Part shown: positions 15,879-24,035 of the stretch, piece after piece
Numbering within the stretch: the first letter of the stretch is position 1
How the letters are laid out: every line of letters starts with the position of its first letter
DNA from: Candidatus Colicola faecequi
GTDB lineage: Bacteria > Bacteroidota > Bacteroidia > Bacteroidales > Paludibacteraceae
Reading direction: 5' to 3'
Length of the DNA stretch: 38,414 nt
Assembly: GCA_018064985.1 (NCBI GenBank)
Contig: JAGHUE010000133.1
Span: 1 to 38,414 of the forward strand
The notes under the pieces: generated by a model
Database searches by the model: none
What the model saw: the letters and a program-made list of their open reading frames with translations, nothing else
Told to the model about the DNA's origin: nothing
Made by a program: the position numbers and the translations under genes

Positions 15879-16561
15879 TGGAAAAACAACATCGCTATAT
15901 CCTGCTGTGCATCATTGCCTTCCTTGCTTTTTCCCTGGTGGCAATCGTTTCGGCCGTTCTTTTCACGTATCATTCGATTGACAAAGAAACCCGCGAGATT
16001 CTCAATGGTTATACCGACGATCCAGCAACCGTTTGCCTTTTCGTAACCCAGAAAGAAGGTTCGCAGGCCACGGCCAGATTGTTTGTAAAACGCAACGGAC
16101 GCTGGCATTTCGAGCGCAAGACCAAAGCGCATATCGGATTCAATGGCGTAGGCAAAGAGCGAGAAGGCGACAAACGCACGCCCCTCGGCGAGTTGCGCGT
16201 AACGGGCGCTTTCGGTATTCTGCCCGACCCCGGTACACAACTCAAGTACATAGAGGCACATCGCCAGCACTTCGCATGCGACTGCCCGGGAAGTCCGTAT
16301 TACTACACCATTATCGACGTAGACACACTGTCGATCCAACACACTTGTGCCGGCGAGCATATCGTAGATGCCGCACCTTCTTACAACTATGGCCTGATGA
16401 CCAGCTACAATGCCGAATGCATACCCGGCCTGGGCAGCAATATCTTCGTGCATTGCTTCGGCACCAAAGAATACACGGCCGGCTGCATCGCTGTAAGCGA
16501 ACGCTTCATGCGCCATCTGGTTCAGATAGCAGACTCCAATACTATTATTTACATTAGATAA
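15878..16561 (+). CDS. Membrane-anchored L,D-transpeptidase (YkuD/ErfK) family protein
   Basis: An N-terminal TM helix is present. REGDKRTPLGEL and the catalytic-type motif NIFVHCFGTKEYTAGCIAV (H...GC) follow. Confidence 0.75.
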   Translation: MEKQHRYILLCIIAFLAFSLVAIVSAVLFTYHSIDKETREILNGYTDDPATVCLFVTQKEGSQATARLFVKRNGRWHFERKTKAHIGFNGVGKEREGDKRTPLGELRVTGAFGILPDPGTQLKYIEAHRQHFACDCPGSPYYYTIIDVDTLSIQHTCAGEHIVDAAPSYNYGLMTSYNAECIPGLGSNIFVHCFGTKEYTAGCIAVSERFMRHLVQIADSNTIIYIR

Positions 16562-16590
16562 CGGCCCTCCCGCACGAGGTCAAAATAAAA

Positions 16591-16620
16591 GCCGCCCGAC
16601 TGGCATTTCAGTCGGGCGGC
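16591..16620. terminator. Bidirectional hairpin between convergent genes
   Basis: GCCGCCCGACUG-GCAUUU-CAGUCGGGCGGC is a perfect 12-bp stem. It is flanked by an A-rich run on the left and U-containing sequence on the right. Confidence 0.8.
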
Positions 16621-16640
16621 CTGTTTGTATACATATATCT

Positions 16641-19139
16641 TTACGGGAGAGTGATACCGGAGCCTATGGGGAAAGCACCGGAAGTAACAGGCAGATGGCC
16701 CTGCGGGCAAATACGGCCGAGAAGGATCCCGGCTGCGGCACGCTCGTTGGGTTTGGTATCCGCATAGCAGATAAGGAGGGCGTCGAAATCGGCCAGCCAT
16801 GGATAATCACGGAGGGCATAGGGATTGCCGAAGAAGACGGAAGCAATCCGGCAATAAGGAATGAAGCAACCGTCTGCCGACTTCAGCTCGGGATGAGCAG
16901 CCGGAGCTTTCGGATCAAGGGCCGACTCCACGGCCATTTCTGCACCCGTCAGAATACCATTCTTGGCTGCTTTCTGCTGAGACGCGAAGGCGCAAAAAAC
17001 CGCTTGATGAGCAGAATCCGGGACAAGCTCCGAATGCGGGCGATCGGCCGGGTCGTGGAATGCCAAAACAATCCGAGTATAGGAGCGGGCTATACGCATC
17101 AACTCCATACGAAGATCCTCCGCAGAAAGCGTGCGGGACAGCGGAATATAATCCATTTCTTCTGCATAGTTTTCCGCCAATTGGCCAAAACATACCGTGC
17201 TGCCGGAAGGCAGTACTCCGCTTCCGCCTCCGAAGCCGGATAGGCCCTCCACCTCGCCATAGAAACGGCGGAGCGGCTGATAGTCAGCTCCATATGCCAC
17301 GTAGGCAATACGACAGCCATCTTTACCAAGGGGAAGGAACGAAGAATCGGTTTTGAGGAGAGTGAGCGAGCGGTCGGCTATCTGCTCGATGAGAAGAGAA
17401 TCTTTGGGCGAACGCACGCGGGCCACCAAATCGGCAGAATCTTTATACGCGGCAGAAGGAAGCGCATTGGCAATTTCAGCAGTGGCACATCCCACGTGAT
17501 CGGCAGATTGCGCAAGCGCATCAGTAAGAGACGGCCTTTCGAGCAGACCAGCTTTTGCCTTCATCATCAGCACTTTACGAAGCCGCTTATCCAAATCTTT
17601 CTTTGAATACACGCCGGCTTCAATGGCAGAAGTGATACGCTCTATTCCGGCTACTGCATCGCCGGGCATGAGGAGCATGTCTACTCCGGCAGCATAGGCC
17701 ATCTCCATCACTTCGGCCGGTTCACGTCCTTCGGCTACGCCTTTCATCACGAGGGCATCGGTTACGACTACCCCTTTGAAGCCAAGTTCTTTTTTGAGAA
17801 GACCGCTCACGATGGGACGGCTGACAGAACTGACAGCCGTATCGAGGGCGGGAATGTGCAGATGGGCAAGCATCACCATAGAGACACCATCGTCGATCAG
17901 ACGACGGAACGGATAGAGTTCGAGAGAATCAAGGCGACTGCGGCTGAAGGGTAAAGTAGGAAGCGCCTTGTGGGAATCTACATCCGTATCACCATGTCCG
18001 GGGAAATGCTTGGCACAAGCAAAAATACCGGCGTCCTGCATTCCGCGCATGTACGCGCTACCATATTGTGCCACGCGCTCGCGCGACTCTCCGAAGGAGC
18101 GGGTGTTGATCGCCACGTTGTCGGGGTTGTTGTTGACATCCACCACCGGAGCAAAATTGATATGGATGCCCGCCTCCCGGCATTGACGGCCGACAGCAAG
18201 GCCCATCTCGTAGACGAGCGAGTCATCGGGCAAGGCACCCAATTGCATCTGACGGGGGAAGAACGGAAACTCGGCAAAGCGCATGGAGGGGCCCCACTCG
18301 CCATCGATAGCTATCAGCATCGGCACACGGGCCATATGCTGAAGGCCGTTGAGATACTCGCGACAGCGGGTAAGGGAATCGTGCATGAGAATGAGACCGC
18401 CTATTCCCTCGTCGGCAACAAGCGAAGTGATACGCGCCTGATAAGCAGAATCTCCATAAGAAGTGGTGCTTACCATGGTGAGCTGCGCCACTTTCTGACG
18501 GGTGGAGAGCGTCTGCATCACAGAATCCACCTGCTGCTCACAACGCTTCTCTTCGGGCGATTTGGGCGAACAGCCGTAGAGGCAGAATCCCAGCAAACCG
18601 CAAAGAACGATGAGCGAAATAGGATGGCTGACAAAATTGACCAGCTTCGTCTTGGGAGCCCATTGCGGGATAAGAGTAAAGAGGAATACTATCGAGAAAA
18701 GAATCCACGACCAACCGTCGATGAAAGCTTCCGGCTTGATGAGCTTGACACATGCGTAAGCAATGAGAAGTATGACCGCCGCACGAATGAAAACCATGGT
18801 CCACTGATAGACAGGATTGCAGCTCCAGCGGTTTTTGATACGAACATACAAAGCGCTGATAATCATCATAATAATCAAGGATGGAAGAATGATGGAAGCC
18901 GTTGCCACCAGAGATCCGAGGATGGTGCCGGAAGCCGTATAGCCAACGTAAGTAGCAGCATTGATACCGATCGGTCCGGGGGTCATCTGCGAGATAGCCA
19001 GAATGTCGAGATACTCGGTAGCAGACATCCAGCCGTAGTGCTCCACTTCCGTCTGGATGAGCGAAACAATAGCCATACCTCCGCCGAAGCCGAGGATGCC
19101 GATCTTGAAGAACGAAAGGAAAAGCTGAAGGTAGATCAT
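16641..19139 (-). CDS. In-frame fusion of a chromate-transporter (ChrA) C-terminal-half module and a glycoside hydrolase family 3 (NagZ-like beta-N-acetylhexosaminidase) domain
   Basis: Residues 1 to about 188 are ChrA-like (KIGILGFGGGMAIVSLIQ...QMTPGPIGINAATYVGY). There is no stop before the GH3 domain (IAIDGEWG, KHFPGHGDTDVDSH, GVVVTDAL). The junction reads HPISLIVLCGLLGFCLYGCSPKS. Confidence 0.8.
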   Translation of the reverse strand: MIYLQLFLSFFKIGILGFGGGMAIVSLIQTEVEHYGWMSATEYLDILAISQMTPGPIGINAATYVGYTASGTILGSLVATASIILPSLIIMMIISALYVRIKNRWSCNPVYQWTMVFIRAAVILLIAYACVKLIKPEAFIDGWSWILFSIVFLFTLIPQWAPKTKLVNFVSHPISLIVLCGLLGFCLYGCSPKSPEEKRCEQQVDSVMQTLSTRQKVAQLTMVSTTSYGDSAYQARITSLVADEGIGGLILMHDSLTRCREYLNGLQHMARVPMLIAIDGEWGPSMRFAEFPFFPRQMQLGALPDDSLVYEMGLAVGRQCREAGIHINFAPVVDVNNNPDNVAINTRSFGESRERVAQYGSAYMRGMQDAGIFACAKHFPGHGDTDVDSHKALPTLPFSRSRLDSLELYPFRRLIDDGVSMVMLAHLHIPALDTAVSSVSRPIVSGLLKKELGFKGVVVTDALVMKGVAEGREPAEVMEMAYAAGVDMLLMPGDAVAGIERITSAIEAGVYSKKDLDKRLRKVLMMKAKAGLLERPSLTDALAQSADHVGCATAEIANALPSAAYKDSADLVARVRSPKDSLLIEQIADRSLTLLKTDSSFLPLGKDGCRIAYVAYGADYQPLRRFYGEVEGLSGFGGGSGVLPSGSTVCFGQLAENYAEEMDYIPLSRTLSAEDLRMELMRIARSYTRIVLAFHDPADRPHSELVPDSAHQAVFCAFASQQKAAKNGILTGAEMAVESALDPKAPAAHPELKSADGCFIPYCRIASVFFGNPYALRDYPWLADFDALLICYADTKPNERAAAGILLGRICPQGHLPVTSGAFPIGSGITLP

Positions 19140-19585
19140 TCGGCACCTCCTTTCTGCCCGGCAAGCATCCGCTTGAGACCTTTGAAGAAACTGATACTGA
19201 GACGGATAACCGCAGCGGCAAGCAAGCCGACGACAGCAGGACGCATCCCTTTCATCACGGCTTCTACAGCCGGATAATGGCAGATATCACGGAAGACCAT
19301 CGCAATCAGCAGGATGATGACAAAAGAAGGGAGAACCGCCCCGAGAACCGAGGCAACAAGACCACGCCAGCCTGCAATCCGGTAGCCTATGAAGATAGCG
19401 GAATTGACGGCAATCACACCGGGAGCCGCTTGCGCGAGAGCTATCATATTGAGGAACTCATCCTCGTCAATCCATTGCTTATTGTCGACGATCTCGCGCT
19501 GGATAAGCGGAATCATCGCATAGCCTCCACCGATGGTGAAAGCGCCTATACGGAAAAATGTGGAAAAAAGCGAAAAAGTTTTCAT
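19136..19585 (-). CDS. Chromate transporter (ChrA) N-terminal-half protein
   Basis: FRIGAFTIGGGYAMIPLIQREIV...AQAAPGVIAVNSAIFIGY identifies the family. Its stop overlaps the next start by 4 nt. Confidence 0.85.
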   Translation of the reverse strand: MKTFSLFSTFFRIGAFTIGGGYAMIPLIQREIVDNKQWIDEDEFLNMIALAQAAPGVIAVNSAIFIGYRIAGWRGLVASVLGAVLPSFVIILLIAMVFRDICHYPAVEAVMKGMRPAVVGLLAAAVIRLSISFFKGLKRMLAGQKGGAE

Positions 19586-19624
19586 TCGTTCGTTAAAGGA
19601 GGAGGTTTTCGGGGAAGAAACGGG

Positions 19625-20542
19625 TTATTTCTCGGAAGGTATTTCGACTTTTTCAGCCGAGATATGAGATGTGTCAGGGTGATGCGGAACAGCCACCGTA
19701 TGGGCCGCCACGACGGACGGATTCACCAAAGGTGAAGGAATGTAAGCAGGAGAATGAGCCGAGGAGTCGGGGGCTAGGTCGGCGGAGTCGGCCGGAAGCG
19801 TCTCCCGACGAGCAATCAGACGCTTGGAGGCATCAAATTCTCCATGCTGAATCTGGCGGTAGGTACGGAGAGTATTGTGTACGTAAGCCGTCGTTTCCCG
19901 GCCTTTGAAGAAGCCATAGCGAACAACAGAGTCGGTGTAATACTCCTCGTAGCGGAGCATTCCGATGTAGTATTCGACATCGTCCCAACGGTCGGGATTC
20001 GCGCCATACTTGCGAGCGAGAGCGCGGGCATCGAGAATGTGCGCCGGGCCGGCATTGTAAGATGCCAGCACAAACTTGGCCATTTCGACAGAATCTTTCA
20101 CGCCCTTGAACTGATGCTGCAAACGGGTGATGTATTTGCAGCCGGCACGGATGTTGTCTTCAGGAAGGAAGAAGGTGGAGTCGTTGAGTCCGAATTTCTC
20201 TCCGGTAACAGGCATCAGCTGCATGAGACCACGAGCGCCACCCGGGCTGACAGTATTGGGATTGAAGCGGCTTTCATGATAAGCGACAGCGGCCAGGAGC
20301 TCCCAATCCCATCCTACGGATGGGGCGTAATGTTTGAAGTGCTCGATATACGGCACTTTGCTGGGATTCTTCTGAATATCCTCTGTGCGTTCTTCTTCCA
20401 TCGCGAGTTCTTCCGCTTCATCGTAGCCCCGGATATAGCCTTCGCCGGCAGCCAAGCCGAGGAAGAGGAGGGCGATGAGGCAGGAGCGGAAGTAGGTGCG
20501 CTTCTGGAAGATGATGTGCTTATATGTCTGGGCAGCGTTCAA
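19625..20542 (-). CDS. Lytic transglycosylase (SLT domain)
   Basis: AVAYHESRFNPNTVSPGGARGLMQLMP contains the catalytic Glu-Ser motif, and ASYNAGPAHI is also present. The N-terminus carries a signal or anchor. Confidence 0.85.
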   Translation of the reverse strand: MNAAQTYKHIIFQKRTYFRSCLIALLFLGLAAGEGYIRGYDEAEELAMEEERTEDIQKNPSKVPYIEHFKHYAPSVGWDWELLAAVAYHESRFNPNTVSPGGARGLMQLMPVTGEKFGLNDSTFFLPEDNIRAGCKYITRLQHQFKGVKDSVEMAKFVLASYNAGPAHILDARALARKYGANPDRWDDVEYYIGMLRYEEYYTDSVVRYGFFKGRETTAYVHNTLRTYRQIQHGEFDASKRLIARRETLPADSADLAPDSSAHSPAYIPSPLVNPSVVAAHTVAVPHHPDTSHISAEKVEIPSEK

Positions 20543-20548
20543 AAGGAA

Positions 20549-21169
20549 TCAGTTTTCTTTGTGGGTAAGCTGGTGCTTGATGAATTTGACGAGCATGTTG
20601 ATAGCGGCCGTATTGTGTCCGCCCTGCGGAACGATCACATCGGCATAACGCTTGCAAGGTTCGATGAACTGCTCGTGCATGGGTTTGAGAACACGTTCAT
20701 AGCGGTCGAGCACAATGTCGGCCGTGCGGCCGCGCTCGACGATGTCGCGACGGATAACGCGGATGAGGCGATCGTCGGCATCCGCATCAACGAAGATGCG
20801 GAGATCCATCTGATTGCGGAGGCTGGGGTCGCAGAGCGAAAGGATACCTTCGATGATGACTACCTCTTTGGGCTCAATATGGATAGTGGCCTGCTGACGG
20901 GTACAGGAGATATAATCGTAGGTAGGCTGCTCGATAGCTTTGCCTTCGCGGAGCTGACAGATATGCTTTTCGAGGAGGTCCCATTCGAAAGCGTCGGGAT
21001 GGTCGAAATTGATTTTGCGTCGCTCCTCGAGCGGAAGATGTGCAGCATCTTTGTAGTAGGAATCCTGAGGGATGACTACCACCTCGCCCTGAGGGAGTCG
21101 TTCCGTAAGCTTCTTGACCACCGTAGTTTTACCCGAGCCGGTGCCGCCCGCAATGCCGATAATGAACAT
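20549..21169 (-). CDS. udk: Uridine kinase
   Basis: IIGIAGGTGSGKTT is the P-loop, with NFDHPDAFEWDLL and RRDIVERGR downstream. The start was set to ATG 21169. The ORF-track TTG at 21199 falls inside the promoter -7 box. Confidence 0.9.
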   Translation of the reverse strand: MFIIGIAGGTGSGKTTVVKKLTERLPQGEVVVIPQDSYYKDAAHLPLEERRKINFDHPDAFEWDLLEKHICQLREGKAIEQPTYDYISCTRQQATIHIEPKEVVIIEGILSLCDPSLRNQMDLRIFVDADADDRLIRVIRRDIVERGRTADIVLDRYERVLKPMHEQFIEPCKRYADVIVPQGGHNTAAINMLVKFIKHQLTHKEN

Positions 21170-21196
21170 ACCTGAGAAAAAGAATAATAAACGCGG

Positions 21197-21228
21197 CAAA
21201 GGTACAAAAAAATAGTCGTATGCGCAAG
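21197..21228 (-). promoter_or_regulatory. Bacteroidetes-type promoter for udk
   Basis: The minus strand reads CTTG-N20-TACCTTTG, with the -7 element at 21197-21204. It lies about 28 nt upstream of the ATG. Confidence 0.5.
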
Positions 21229-21283
21229 CGCGGGCATATATAAACGCGAAAAAACTAGTTTTTCACGCGTACGCGACTTTTTT

Positions 21284-21315
21284 CTTGCATAAATAAGAAA
21301 ATTGTGCTATCTTTG
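21284..21315 (+). promoter_or_regulatory. Bacteroidetes-type promoter for rsfS-ftsH
   Basis: CTTG at 21284-21287, a 20-nt spacer, then TATCTTTG at 21308-21315. The leader is about 105 nt. Confidence 0.5.
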
Positions 21316-21426
21316 CATCCTAATTGGAGTAAAATGCCGAAATGGCAGCCGAAGTGCCGTTGGCAAGCTAATTGCACCATAAGAAAAAACATCAATTACG
21401 AATATTTTTAAAACAAAGAAACCAAT

Positions 21427-21792
21427 ATGGCAGAACCATCAGACAAGAAAATCGTAGAAACCATCGTAGACGGCATCCGCAACAAGAAAGGCCACAGAAT
21501 CGTAACCGTTGACTTGACCAAACTTCCGGAGGCGCCGTGCTCTTACTTTGTGATCTGCGAAGGTCACTCGAGCACACAGGTATGCGCTATCGCAGACGAA
21601 GTGGAGGATTACGTACGCAAGGAACTTCGCGTAAAGCCGTTCATCGTAGACGGCGTAGAGAATGCGGAATGGGTTGCGATGGACTACGGACAGATTATCG
21701 TACATGTTTTCCAGCGCGAGGCTCGCGAGTTTTACGACATCGAGAACCTGTGGGAAGACGGCAAACTGAAGGAATATCCGGACGAAATGTAA
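21427..21792 (+). CDS. rsfS: Ribosome silencing factor RsfS (Iojap family)
   Basis: The size and motifs fit (DYFVICEGHSSTQV..AIAD, W..MDYG.IIVHVF....R.FY.IE.LW). Confidence 0.9.
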   Translation: MAEPSDKKIVETIVDGIRNKKGHRIVTVDLTKLPEAPCSYFVICEGHSSTQVCAIADEVEDYVRKELRVKPFIVDGVENAEWVAMDYGQIIVHVFQREAREFYDIENLWEDGKLKEYPDEM

Positions 21793-21809
21793 GTTGTTCG
21801 GACAGCGCA

Positions 21810-21950
21810 GAAAGTCCACTCTACGTCTACTGTACGTCCACTCGTGGAACAATCGGAAAAAGCGTGGAACAATTCGAATGAAAGTCCCATCTACTTCCCA
21901 TGAAAGTCCCATCGTGGAACAATCAAAAAAACGTGGAACATTGATGGAAG
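21810..21950. repeat. Composite array of 11-bp-period word repeats in the rsfS-ftsH spacer
   Basis: The reading is GAAAGTCCACT CTACGTCTACT GTACGTCCACT CGTGGAACAAT cggaaaaag CGTGGAACAAT tcgaat GAAAGTCCCAT CTACTTCCCAT GAAAGTCCCAT CGTGGAACAAT caaaaaaa CGTGGAACATT. Confidence 0.85.
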
Positions 21951-21986
21951 AGCGGGCATAATTCCCTAAACAAATAAAACTTCAAA

Positions 21987-24029
21987 ATGAAACTGAATCA
22001 GAAAAAAAACGAACCTAACCGCCCCGGCGGTGACAAGAAGCCGAAACGGCCGAACCTGATGTGGGTTTACCTTGGCATTATCCTGATGCTGGGTGTGACC
22101 TACCTGATGAGCGGCGACCAGGGTTTCGCGACCGTAAGCGGGGAAACGAAAGAAATCACGTACACTAAACTGCAGGGTTATCTGGAGAACGATTGCGTGG
22201 AAAAAGTGGTCATTGTGGACAACAATACCGCCCGCGCGAAAGTGAAGAAAGAGCAGATGGCCGTGGTTTTCGGAGCAGATGCCGACAAGCGCAAAGAAGG
22301 CGTGATTGAAGTGCTGATTCCGAACGTATCGGACTTCAACGCGTATATGGAGCAGCTGAACAGCGAGCGTCAGGAAGCAGGCAAGCAGAAGGTGGACGTG
22401 AGCTTCGAGAAAGACAAGAACTACTGGACGCTCATTCTCGTGAATATCGTTCCGCTGCTGTTCTTCGTGCTGTTTATCGTATGGATGACCCGCGGCATGG
22501 GCGCAGGTGGCGCCGGCGGCGGCATTTTCAACGTGGGCAAAGCGAAGGCACAGGTGCTGGACAAAGACAACAAGAACAAGGTGACGTTTAAGGACGTGGC
22601 CGGTCTGGAAGGCGCGAAAGAAGAGATCGAGGAGATTGTAAGTTTCCTCAAGAACCCGCAGAAATACACGGAACTGGGCGGCAAGATACCTAAAGGCGCG
22701 TTGCTGGTAGGCCCTCCGGGCACGGGTAAGACGCTGCTGGCGAAAGCTGTAGCCGGCGAAGCCGACGTGCCGTTCTTCTCGATGTCGGGTTCGGAGTTCG
22801 TGGAGATGTTCGTGGGTGTAGGCGCGAGTCGCGTTCGCGATTTGTTCCGCCAAGCCAAGGAAAAGGCGCCGAGCATCATCTTCATCGACGAGATTGACGC
22901 TGTGGGCCGTGCCCGCGGCAAGAATATGGTAAGTGGCGGCAACGATGAGCGCGAATCAACTCTGAATCAGCTGCTTACAGAGATGGACGGCTTCGGCACG
23001 AACACGGGCGTGATCATCCTGGCAGCCACCAACCGCGCCGAGATTCTCGATCCGGCTCTCTTGCGTGCCGGCCGTTTCGACCGACAGATTCACGTGGAAC
23101 TGCCGGATCTGAAGGAACGAATCGACATTTTCGGTGTGCATTTGCGTCCGCTCAAACTGGACGAGTCGGTTGACGTGAATTTCCTGGCCAAGCAGACTCC
23201 GGGCTTCTCGGGTGCAGACATCGCGAATGTGTGCAACGAGGCCGCGCTGATTGCTGCCCGCGGGGGCAAAAAGGCCGTTTCGAAAGACGATTTCATGGCG
23301 GCTGTGGACCGTATCGTAGGCGGTCTGGAGCGCAAGAACAAGATCCTGACGGACGAGGAGAAGCGCGCTATCGCTTACCACGAAGCAGGCCACGCAACAA
23401 TCAGTTGGCTGCTTCAGTATGCGAATCCGCTGGTGAAAGTGACCATCGTGCCTCGCGGACGTGCATTGGGCGCAGCCTGGTATCTGCCGGAAGAGCGCCA
23501 ACTCGTTACGCTCGAACATATGAACGACGAGATGTGTTCGCTTCTGGGCGGCCGAGCAGCCGAAGAACTTTTCCTCCAGCAGACCGGCACGGGTGCGCTC
23601 AACGACCTCGAACGCGCCAACAAACAGGCTTATGCGATGGTGGCTTATTACGGCATGAGCGAGAAGCTGAAGAACCTCTGCTTCTACGATTCTACCGGTC
23701 AGCAGAGCTATTTCGGCAAGCCGTTCTCGGAACATACGGCCCAACTCATCGACGAAGAAGTGCAGCGCATGCTGGCTGAACAGATGGCTCGCGCAAAGCA
23801 GATTCTCGAAGACAACAAAGAGGGTCACCACAAAATGGCCGAGTTGCTCATCGAGAAAGAAGTGATTACGGCAGAAGACGTGGAGGCCATTTTCGGTCCA
23901 CGCCAGTGGAAGAGCCGCGGCGACGAGATGATAGAGGCCAATAAAAAAGAAGCCCCTGCCCCTCAGTCCCTTTCCCTTGAAGGGGCAAAGGAGGACGAAA
24001 ATACTGAAGACAATAACGAAAACTCCTAA
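21987..24029 (+). CDS. ftsH: ATP-dependent zinc metalloprotease FtsH
   Basis: Walker A is [13 protein letters not shown] and Walker B is IIFIDEIDA. The zinc site is HEAGHA. There are two N-terminal TM segments. Confidence 0.95.
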   Translation: MKLNQKKNEPNRPGGDKKPKRPNLMWVYLGIILMLGVTYLMSGDQGFATVSGETKEITYTKLQGYLENDCVEKVVIVDNNTARAKVKKEQMAVVFGADADKRKEGVIEVLIPNVSDFNAYMEQLNSERQEAGKQKVDVSFEKDKNYWTLILVNIVPLLFFVLFIVWMTRGMGAGGAGGGIFNVGKAKAQVLDKDNKNKVTFKDVAGLEGAKEEIEEIVSFLKNPQKYTELGGKIPKGALLVGPPGTGKTLLAKAVAGEADVPFFSMSGSEFVEMFVGVGASRVRDLFRQAKEKAPSIIFIDEIDAVGRARGKNMVSGGNDERESTLNQLLTEMDGFGTNTGVIILAATNRAEILDPALLRAGRFDRQIHVELPDLKERIDIFGVHLRPLKLDESVDVNFLAKQTPGFSGADIANVCNEAALIAARGGKKAVSKDDFMAAVDRIVGGLERKNKILTDEEKRAIAYHEAGHATISWLLQYANPLVKVTIVPRGRALGAAWYLPEERQLVTLEHMNDEMCSLLGGRAAEELFLQQTGTGALNDLERANKQAYAMVAYYGMSEKLKNLCFYDSTGQQSYFGKPFSEHTAQLIDEEVQRMLAEQMARAKQILEDNKEGHHKMAELLIEKEVITAEDVEAIFGPRQWKSRGDEMIEANKKEAPAPQSLSLEGAKEDENTEDNNENS

Positions 24030-24035
24030 AAAATA

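Noticed and set aside
17970-21175. Plus-strand ORFs of 435 aa and 443 aa opposite the ChrA-GH3, transglycosylase and udk genes.
   Set aside because: They are antisense shadow ORFs that cross gene boundaries of well-supported minus-strand genes.
21170-21199. The upstream TTG start for udk given in the ORF track (MPRLLFFFSG extension).
   Set aside because: The TTG falls inside the TACCTTTG -7 promoter box. The ATG at 21169 gives the canonical MFIIGIAGGTGSGKT N-terminus.
21810-21950. The tandem word arrays here, and at 601-633 and 872-915, considered as a CRISPR array.
   Set aside because: The units are only 8-11 bp with no unique spacers of CRISPR size, and no cas genes are in the window.
21878-21961. 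A 27-aa ORF (MKVPSTSHESPIVEQSKKRGTLMEERA) inside the rsfS-ftsH repeat array.
   Set aside because: Its sequence is dictated by the nucleotide repeats. It has no independent coding evidence, promoter or terminator.
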